Source of the DNA: a virus
Taxonomy: Duplodnaviria; Caudoviricetes
DNA length: 64,000 nt
Direction: 5' to 3' (one strand)
Virus record (IMG/VR): IMGVR_UViG_2974637922_000001
Coordinates: 132,843 to 196,842 of that record
This document shows, in pieces, positions 56,510-64,000 of this stretch. The notes beneath the pieces were generated by a model. The model did not search any database and was not told the DNA's origin. It saw only the letters and a program-made list of their open reading frames with translations. The translations under genes and the position numbers were made by a program. Positions within the stretch are counted from its first letter, which is position 1; every line of letters begins with the position of its first letter.

Positions 56510-59500
56510 GTGGCGAATCAGAATTTTCGTGTCAAAAAAGGTATAGAAGTTGGCTTAGGTGCCACTTTTCTATACGCAGACGACAGTGGAGTTGGCATTA
56601 ATAGTGCTAGCCCACGATCAAACCTAGACGTTCGAGGTAGATCCCAAACAGAGGAACTACTGGTAGACAACTATGCAGAGGTGCAAGGACCCTCTACATT
56701 CGTTGGACTAGGTACCTTTGGGGGTGATCTATATGTTGGGAATGATCTATATGTAAAGGGCAACCTATCATTCACCAGTTTTGAATCTGAGACTGGTAAT
56801 GTAACAGGTGTTCTTACCACAAGAGACTTTAATGTAACCGGATTATCTACGTTTGCGGGAGACGCCACCTTCCAAAGTGACGTAAATATCTCTGGTGCTT
56901 CTTCAATTACTGGAAACTTAGTAGTTTCTGGTGCCTCTACGCTCACAGGTATCGTCACAACTGGCGATGACCTCTATGTGGGTGGTAGTTTATATGTATT
57001 CAATGATATCTTCTATGATGAGATTACTGGTAGAAACCTCAGTATCTCTGGTATTGCCACACTCAGACAGTTAGAAATCCAACAGGACCTAGAAGTTGCA
57101 GGTCTCTCCACATTTGTTGGTTTAGTATCGTTCAGAGATGCAGTAGGTACAAACCTAACAGTTTATAATCTTTCCGCCAATACTGGTAACTTCGTAGAGA
57201 TTAACGTCGATGGTGGAGGAGGAGGCGGTGGCGGTACTGGTATCGATAGTACCTCCGTCAATACCGAGTTCTTAAACGTCACTGGTGTTGCAACATTTAA
57301 CAATGGTATTGCCACCAACTTCAGTGCAGAGTTTATTGACGCTGGTGTAACCACAACTACCGACCTCCACTTCACTAATGGTTACGGTGTCAATCTCAAT
57401 ATGAGTGGCATCACAACTGTTGGTATTCTAACAGTCTATGAGAATATCTATGACTCTAGAAACCAAGTTGGATATGGTGACTCACTACTAGTCACACAGG
57501 GTGGGAAACTAGTATGGACTAGACCTGATATTGCAGGTATTGCCACTTCATTCCAACCAGGTTCTACCTTCTATGTAAGTGAGAATGGTAGTAATACCAA
57601 TGATGGTAGAAGTCCAGAGAAAGCATGGGGCTCTATTGCATATGCCGTATCACAGATTGGAGATACTTCTCACGATATTCTAGAGGTTACTGCTGGTGAA
57701 TACACAGAAACCTTCCCTATCACAGTCCCTAAAGGTCTAACCATTTCTGGTGCTGGACAAAGGGCAACCATTGTTAGACCGTCACAGGCAACAGAAACCA
57801 ATGATGGTTTCCTACTAAACGATAGATCCACTATCCATAACATCACAGTTACTGGATTCTACAAACCACAAGGTTCTATCAACTACGCCTTCAAGTTTAG
57901 TGTTGGAGCAGCAATCACCAGTAGAAGTCCTTATGTTGATAAGGTCACGGTCATCAACAAAGGTACTCAGACAAGTGCCAGTGACCCATATGGTTATGGT
58001 TCAGCTGACTCCTACCCAACCACAGCACCTGGTGGTGCTGGTGTTTTAGTTGATGGTAGTGTAGTTGCAACCAACTCACTAGAAGCAGCAATTCTCCTCA
58101 ATGAGGTTACACTATTCACTGCTGGCAACCAAGGTATTAAGATTACCAATGGTGGTAGAGTAGAGTGGTTGAATGGTTTCATCTACTTCGCTTCTGAAGC
58201 ACTTGTAGGTCTTAGTGATAAGACTACTGGTTTAGCGGGTGCTGGTAAGGCAAGACTAACCCTAGAGAACGCCTCTGGTGGATTGGTTGGTGGTAATACC
58301 GTTCAATACTATGATAGTGATGGAACCACAGTTCTTGCTTCTGGTACCATTGATAATGTATCTGGTAGTTATGTAACACTAACCAACGCTGGTGTTGGTA
58401 CATTCACAACTCCTAGAAATAGAACAGCCAAGAAGGTTGACTTTGTTAATGGAGCACAACTATCCACAGCACAGGCAAGGTTCGGTACATCCTCACTAGA
58501 TGTAACTGGTGCCGGAACTGATAACATCACAGTTGATTCCACTTCAGACTTTGGGTTTGGAACTGGAGACTTCACCGTTGAATTCTGGATATACAGAACT
58601 GGTAATATTAATGGTAAGGTAATCTGTGACTTCAGAGATACCGCCGCTACAGATCAAGCAATTACTATCCAAGGTGATGGTGGTAATGAGACTGATGTTT
58701 ATATTGGTACTACATCCGTTGTCACTGGTACAGTTCCTACCACACTGAATGCTTGGAACCATATCGCTGTTTGTAGAGTTGGTTCTACCATCACTCAGTA
58801 TATTGATGGTGCTGTTTCTGGTAGTGGAACTGCTGCTACTGATCTAGGTGTTGCTAGACAACTAACCTTTGGTGATAGGTACGACAATAGTAACAACGGT
58901 CCTACAGCATACCTAGATGAACTTCGTGTCACTAAGGGGGCAGCAAAATACACAGGAGCATTCACTTCACCTTCAGTAGCACTCACAGGTGATAAGGATA
59001 CTTCTATCCTACTACACTTTGATGGTATCAATGGAGCAACCTCCACTACAGATGATATCATTGTCCTCCAGGATATTCGTATCACTGGTGGTAACACAGC
59101 AGATAAAGTTACCCTAGCAGACTACAGTCAGTTTGGTGCTGACCTCAGGTCTATCGCTTGTGCCATTGAATATGGTAACCAGGGTATGATTGGTGATGGT
59201 GATGGAGTAACTCTCCGTGCTATCTCTATCAACTTCAACCATGTAGGTGCTCTTGGTGATATCACTAACGATCCTAACCTAGCGATTCAATCGAACGAGG
59301 TTATCGAACTCAATGGTGGTCAAGTATCCTATGTAAGTATTGACCAGAAGGGTGACTTCAGAGTTGGTGAAGCATTCTATGTGAATCAGGAGACTGGTGA
59401 AGTATCCTTTACAGATACTGTAACAGACCTAACTGCTTTATCCTCACTCACTATTACTGATGGTACTAATAGTAGTATCATTACTCCTACTTCTGGTAGG

Positions 59501-62500
59501 TTTGGTAATGTTCTTATCAGTGGTCAGAGTGTAGAGAGTGTAACCGGAGACCTTAACATTAAGACTGGTGGTTCCGGTGAGATCAATATCTTTGGTAACA
59601 CCAATGTTATTGGTATTCTAACCGCTCAGATCATTGAGATTAATGCTATTCAGAAGGGCGATACAGCAATCGCTCTAGATGATACTGGAACTGATGGGAC
59701 TATCCGTTTCATCACAGACGGACAAGAAGCACAACGCATTACAAACCAACAGAGAGTTGGTATTAACACCACCACCCCAGTTACTCAGTTAGAAGTTAAG
59801 GGTGGAACACAACTAGAGAACTTAAATGTAACTGGTATTGCCACACTTAATGGTGTTGGTATTGCTACTATCGGTGGTGATCCTGACTTCAGGAACTTAA
59901 ATATCACTGGACTATCAACGTTCGCTGGTGTTGGTACTTTCCTCAGTGACTTGTATGTTGGTGGTAACCTCAGTGTCCTAGGTGATATCAAGTTTGATGA
60001 AGTTGATGCGAGAAACGCCAACATCACTGGTATTGCCACAGTTGGTTTCGCCTCTATCACAGATGCCAGAGTTGGAAGTGCCCTCACTAACTTGGGTCAC
60101 ACTCAACTCAATACTCTGAATGTAAGTGGAGTATCTACACTATCACTACTAGAAGTCAGTGGTAACTCAGTATTTACTGGTATCTCTACCTTCAATAACA
60201 ATGTAACTATCAATGGTGACCTCACCATTAATGGTTCTCAGAATGTAGATAGTTTTGGAACTGGTGATTTAATAGTTAGTGGTATTGCTAGTATCAACCA
60301 GGCGAAGATCGCCACTGGTATTGTTACCACACTAACTGCCACTAGAACAGAGTCAGCAGAACTAAAAGTAACTGGTCTCTCCACCTTTGTTGGTGTTGCT
60401 ACCTTTGCTAACGATGTATTCGTGGCAGGTAACCTCAATGTTCTAGGAGATATTGCATATGATGAAGTTACTGGTAGAAACCTAAACATCTCCGGTATCG
60501 CAACCATCGGGTTCGCCTCTATCACAGACGCCAAGATTGGTGTCGCCACTATTACAAAACTTGATGTCACTGAGATCAATGTAGATGGTGGAACAGGTAT
60601 TGATGATAACTCAGTAACTACAGAGAACCTAGTTGTTAGTGGTATCGCTACCATCAACTCAGGTATCCTCACAACCCTCCAGGCGGAGGTAGGAAGTATC
60701 ACAAACCTCACCGCTGGTGTTTCTACCTTTACTGGTATTGTAACCACTACAGAGGATCTATACGTTGGTGGAAACCTCTACGTATTCAATGATATCTTCT
60801 ATGATGAAATCACTGGTAGGAACCTTTCTATCTCTGGAGTATCTACATTAGGTTTCGCTTCTGTTAGAGATCTAAGAGTATCTGGTGTCGCTACATTCCT
60901 TGGTGATGTGGAGATCAGTGGATCACAGATTGTTGACTCACTAATAACTGGTGACTTGGAAGTTACTGGTGTTACTACAACTAAGGAACTAAGATTTACA
61001 GACGCTGTTGGTGTAGGACTCACACTCACCAATCTAGTTGTAACTGGTAACGCGGAACTCAATGGTTCTGGTATTGTTACCGCTGGTCAAGACATCAACT
61101 TCAGAAACCTAGAAGTTGCTGGTCTATCAACCTTTGTTGGTCTCCAGTCCTTCAGGTCAGCAGTTGGAACGGCACTCACAGTTTATAACCTAAGAGTTCC
61201 TGAAAATGGTATTGTTTCACTACCTGGTATTCCTGTTCAGGGTGGGGACGCTGAGTTTAGAAACGTCAATGTAACTGGTGTATCTTCCTTCAGTGGAGTA
61301 TCAACTTTCGGTAGTGACCTCTATGTGGATGGAAACCTATTTGTTTCTGGTCTAGACTTCAGAGAGACACTTGCTGGTGAAAACCTATTAGTTGCTGGTG
61401 TTGGTACTGTTAATAATCTCAATAGTAATATTGGTATTATCACTCATCTACAGGCAGGTATATCAACCTTCACTGGTATCACCACCTTCCAGAGTGATGC
61501 CTCCTTCTTGAGTGATGTATATGTAGATGGAAACCTTAATGTTACGGGTGACATTAGATATGATGAGGTGAATGGTAGGAACTTGAATATCAGTGGTATC
61601 GCTACCATTGGTTACTCCTCTATCACAGACGCCAAGATTGGTGTTGCTACTATCTCCACACTATCCTTTGGTGATGGTGTTGGAACAGCACTCACACTTA
61701 CAGACCTCACGGTAACAGGTGACGCCAACCTCAATGGTTCTGGTATTGTAACCGCTGGTTCTGATGTAGCGTTTAGAAATCTAGAAGTAACTGGACTATC
61801 TACCTTCACTGGTGTTGGTACTTTCCTCAGTGACTTGTATGTTGGTGGTGACCTCTTTGTATTCAATGATATCAAGTATGATGAGATTAATGGTAGAAAC
61901 CTAAACATCTCTGGTATCTCCACACTTGGTTTCACTTCTATCTCCGACATCAGAGTATCTGGTGGTTCTACCTTCTTAGGTAATGTAGAGATTGATGGAA
62001 ACCTAGATGTAACTGGTGACCTAACCTTTGATGAGTTTGATGCCACTAACGCTAACATCACTGGTATTGCCACTATTGGTAACCTACTAGCGGGTGTGGG
62101 AACTATCACCACACTATCATCTACTGATGGTGAGATTACAACACTAACCTCTACTGATACTGTTGTTGGTACTCTAACCGCCACTGATGCCACTATCACT
62201 ACACTAGGTGTTACTGATAGTATAGTTGGAACCTCTACCATTACAACACTCAGTGTTACTGATAGTGTAGTTGGAACTTCTACTATCACAACACTCAACT
62301 TCACTGATGGTGTTGGAGTAGCACTCACACTCACTGACCTCAATGTTCTAGGTGAAGCTAACCTCAATGGTTCTGGTATCGCAACCGCTGGTTCTGATAT
62401 AGAGTTTAGGAACCTCAGTATTACTGGTCTCTCCACCTTTGTTGGTGTAGCAACCTTCCAAGATGACTTGTATGTGGCAGGTAACCTGAATGTATTGGGT

Positions 62501-62986
62501 GACCTAACCTATGATGAAGTGAATGGTAGAAACCTTAACATCTCTGGTATCGCTACCATTGGTTTCGCCTCTATCACAGACCTAAGAGTATCTGGTGTAA
62601 CTACCTTCCTCGGTCCTGTTAATATCGATGGTGGTCAGCAAACCGACTTCATTCAAACCACAGACTTGATTGTCACTGGTGTTGCCACTATTGGTTACGC
62701 AACTGTCACTAAGTTGATCGCTGATCACAGTGATATGAGGAACCTGAATGTATCAGGTATCGCCACTATTGGTAGTCTCGTATCAGATGGTAATGGTGGA
62801 ATCATTGTAGATGGTGCTGTATCTATCAGTGGTATTGTTACTATTGGTGAAAACTCTATCATTCTCGATGGTAGAAAGGATGTAGAAGCAATCTACTTGG
62901 GTGATACAGGAAGAGCAATCGTCTCTGGTATATCTTTATTATTATATGATGTACATTCGAGGAACAGGTACAGTGAAACCATTTGA
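56510..62986 (+). CDS. Giant fibre protein (2158 aa) with beta-helix-like and LamG/ConA-like domains; C-terminus possibly truncated
   Basis: MANQNFRVKKG start, FYVSENGSNTNDG, GTGDFTVEFW..WNHIAV..YLDELRVTKG, repeated YDE..GRNLNISGIAT. Confidence 0.85.
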   Translation: MANQNFRVKKGIEVGLGATFLYADDSGVGINSASPRSNLDVRGRSQTEELLVDNYAEVQGPSTFVGLGTFGGDLYVGNDLYVKGNLSFTSFESETGNVTGVLTTRDFNVTGLSTFAGDATFQSDVNISGASSITGNLVVSGASTLTGIVTTGDDLYVGGSLYVFNDIFYDEITGRNLSISGIATLRQLEIQQDLEVAGLSTFVGLVSFRDAVGTNLTVYNLSANTGNFVEINVDGGGGGGGGTGIDSTSVNTEFLNVTGVATFNNGIATNFSAEFIDAGVTTTTDLHFTNGYGVNLNMSGITTVGILTVYENIYDSRNQVGYGDSLLVTQGGKLVWTRPDIAGIATSFQPGSTFYVSENGSNTNDGRSPEKAWGSIAYAVSQIGDTSHDILEVTAGEYTETFPITVPKGLTISGAGQRATIVRPSQATETNDGFLLNDRSTIHNITVTGFYKPQGSINYAFKFSVGAAITSRSPYVDKVTVINKGTQTSASDPYGYGSADSYPTTAPGGAGVLVDGSVVATNSLEAAILLNEVTLFTAGNQGIKITNGGRVEWLNGFIYFASEALVGLSDKTTGLAGAGKARLTLENASGGLVGGNTVQYYDSDGTTVLASGTIDNVSGSYVTLTNAGVGTFTTPRNRTAKKVDFVNGAQLSTAQARFGTSSLDVTGAGTDNITVDSTSDFGFGTGDFTVEFWIYRTGNINGKVICDFRDTAATDQAITIQGDGGNETDVYIGTTSVVTGTVPTTLNAWNHIAVCRVGSTITQYIDGAVSGSGTAATDLGVARQLTFGDRYDNSNNGPTAYLDELRVTKGAAKYTGAFTSPSVALTGDKDTSILLHFDGINGATSTTDDIIVLQDIRITGGNTADKVTLADYSQFGADLRSIACAIEYGNQGMIGDGDGVTLRAISINFNHVGALGDITNDPNLAIQSNEVIELNGGQVSYVSIDQKGDFRVGEAFYVNQETGEVSFTDTVTDLTALSSLTITDGTNSSIITPTSGRFGNVLISGQSVESVTGDLNIKTGGSGEINIFGNTNVIGILTAQIIEINAIQKGDTAIALDDTGTDGTIRFITDGQEAQRITNQQRVGINTTTPVTQLEVKGGTQLENLNVTGIATLNGVGIATIGGDPDFRNLNITGLSTFAGVGTFLSDLYVGGNLSVLGDIKFDEVDARNANITGIATVGFASITDARVGSALTNLGHTQLNTLNVSGVSTLSLLEVSGNSVFTGISTFNNNVTINGDLTINGSQNVDSFGTGDLIVSGIASINQAKIATGIVTTLTATRTESAELKVTGLSTFVGVATFANDVFVAGNLNVLGDIAYDEVTGRNLNISGIATIGFASITDAKIGVATITKLDVTEINVDGGTGIDDNSVTTENLVVSGIATINSGILTTLQAEVGSITNLTAGVSTFTGIVTTTEDLYVGGNLYVFNDIFYDEITGRNLSISGVSTLGFASVRDLRVSGVATFLGDVEISGSQIVDSLITGDLEVTGVTTTKELRFTDAVGVGLTLTNLVVTGNAELNGSGIVTAGQDINFRNLEVAGLSTFVGLQSFRSAVGTALTVYNLRVPENGIVSLPGIPVQGGDAEFRNVNVTGVSSFSGVSTFGSDLYVDGNLFVSGLDFRETLAGENLLVAGVGTVNNLNSNIGIITHLQAGISTFTGITTFQSDASFLSDVYVDGNLNVTGDIRYDEVNGRNLNISGIATIGYSSITDAKIGVATISTLSFGDGVGTALTLTDLTVTGDANLNGSGIVTAGSDVAFRNLEVTGLSTFTGVGTFLSDLYVGGDLFVFNDIKYDEINGRNLNISGISTLGFTSISDIRVSGGSTFLGNVEIDGNLDVTGDLTFDEFDATNANITGIATIGNLLAGVGTITTLSSTDGEITTLTSTDTVVGTLTATDATITTLGVTDSIVGTSTITTLSVTDSVVGTSTITTLNFTDGVGVALTLTDLNVLGEANLNGSGIATAGSDIEFRNLSITGLSTFVGVATFQDDLYVAGNLNVLGDLTYDEVNGRNLNISGIATIGFASITDLRVSGVTTFLGPVNIDGGQQTDFIQTTDLIVTGVATIGYATVTKLIADHSDMRNLNVSGIATIGSLVSDGNGGIIVDGAVSISGIVTIGENSIILDGRKDVEAIYLGDTGRAIVSGISLLLYDVHSRNRYSETI

Positions 62987-63560
62987 AGTTTATACAACAT
63001 ACCTGGCTCTGAAACGCCATTTTAGTAGTTCCTACGATTATTTTAAGTATAGGGGAAAAACAAGGTGTTCTGAATCTTCCTTCTACTCCCGCAAAGACCG
63101 ATACTTCTTCGAGCGCATGAGTAGGAAGCTTAGCGACGAAGAAGTAAAACTCTACTTCCTCTCTTGTTTCTTAGCAACTGATAACCCCTCTTCTATTTGG
63201 GTTGGTGAGATCATGAGAACCGGGGAGGATAACTTTAGAGAACTAGTCAAGAGGCATCAAAGTATGTCTTACATATTCACACAGGAGTGTGAAGCAATTT
63301 TTTCACAACATAAGCTCCCAGAGGCATTCGACGCCACAATGGGTCACCCCCCAATTTTGAAGGGATATCTACGGGGAGAGGTGAGTATTGAGACTTTAGT
63401 GATACTCGAAATGATCTTTGGGTTCTCCAAGAACTTAGATCGTAAACTAAAAGATCCTGTATGGGACATAGTGTGTATGAAAATGAAGAAATATAGACCC
63501 TTCCTAAATATTGAACTAGATAAGTTTAAGAAGATTCTAAGGAATATAGTGTATGTCTGA
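62973..63560 (+). CDS. gp59: Loader of the gp41 DNA helicase (T4 gp59)
   Basis: PFEVYTTYLALKRHF..YDYFKYRGK..RKDRYFFERMSRK, HPPILK, SIETL, KYRPFL. Confidence 0.88.
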   Translation: MKPFEVYTTYLALKRHFSSSYDYFKYRGKTRCSESSFYSRKDRYFFERMSRKLSDEEVKLYFLSCFLATDNPSSIWVGEIMRTGEDNFRELVKRHQSMSYIFTQECEAIFSQHKLPEAFDATMGHPPILKGYLRGEVSIETLVILEMIFGFSKNLDRKLKDPVWDIVCMKMKKYRPFLNIELDKFKKILRNIVYV

Positions 63561-63921
63561 GTTTTTCGATTCCGAACAAGTACAGAAAGCTCTAAGCGAA
63601 ATAGCTTTCCTACAGAATAAGGTGATGGCATTCACAGTTGTTGCTGCCTTCGCTGATGAAGAAGAACAAAGAGAGAATATCATGACACTCAGATTACTTC
63701 TGAGCAAACAGGAAAACATGTATAACAGATGTGCTCTGAGCGATAGTGAAGAAGCTAAAGAGTTAATGATAGAAGTGATGAAACACTTCTCTGAGCATGA
63801 TATTCCTACAAATCAACCAATGGGTGAAGTATTCAAAGCAATCCGTGAAAGGGTTGATGATATTGAAAACGATCTCAACCGGTTCATAGAAGAAGGGGAA
63901 ACAGATCCCTGGTTCTTCTAA
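63553..63921 (+). CDS. DUF1825-like conserved hypothetical protein
   Basis: FFDSEQVQ..LQ..LLSKQ..MY.R..LSD. Confidence 0.7.
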   Translation: MSEFFDSEQVQKALSEIAFLQNKVMAFTVVAAFADEEEQRENIMTLRLLLSKQENMYNRCALSDSEEAKELMIEVMKHFSEHDIPTNQPMGEVFKAIRERVDDIENDLNRFIEEGETDPWFF

Positions 63922-63931
63922 CACCAGTGGC

Positions 63932-63960
63932 TTGGCATCCAACCTATTATCCTGTATAAT
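63932..63960 (+). promoter_or_regulatory. Sigma-70-type promoter for the next gene (beyond the window)
   Basis: TTGGCA-17-TATAAT. Confidence 0.6.
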
Positions 63961-64000
63961 AAACAAGTTCAGCCGTTATCCAACGAATCCAAACAATCCT

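Noticed and set aside
51323-62436. Long minus-strand ORFs opposite the fibre genes
   Set aside because: Shadow ORFs caused by codon bias in repetitive Gly/Thr/Val coding sequence; no RBS or promoters.
62901-62972. Extended gp59 N-terminus
   Set aside because: It overlaps the fibre gene; GTG 62973 matches the expected start before PFEVY.
1-64000. tRNA genes
   Set aside because: No cloverleaf with a T-loop GTTC(G/A)A and acceptor stem found by eye in the intergenic regions.

Overview
A 64 kb segment of a large T4-like cyanomyovirus (Kyanoviridae-type phage of marine Synechococcus/Prochlorococcus), almost entirely coding on the + strand. In order it carries: a Dam-like methylase and a phage sigma-70 factor; late head-associated proteins; gp61 primase and nrdAB; 2OG-Fe(II) oxygenases, an endolysin, CpeT, a tail lysozyme and peptide deformylase; a ~10 kb glycan-biosynthesis cluster (gmd, fcl/colC, colD-like, GT11, GT6, GT25, GT32, GT8-like, two sulfotransferases, an epimerase and a methyltransferase); a photosynthesis island (hli x2, petF, psbA with a PhotoRC-II-like leader, psbD); a type IV pilin-like operon; talC; three giant repeat-rich fibre proteins; and gp59. 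The most notable observations are: (1) an HNH-endonuclease cassette that appears to have cut off the original psbD 5' end and supplied a recoded replacement N-terminus plus a psbA-like promoter, and that also holds a promoter-driven structured non-coding region complementary to its own mRNA leader; (2) an apparently complete colitose/fucose-containing, ABO-blood-group-like glycan pathway; (3) a pilin operon; (4) a sigma factor with an altered -35 recognition helix, alongside recurrent TTG(G/C)CA promoters. All protein calls come from motif recognition by eye. No database searches were run.
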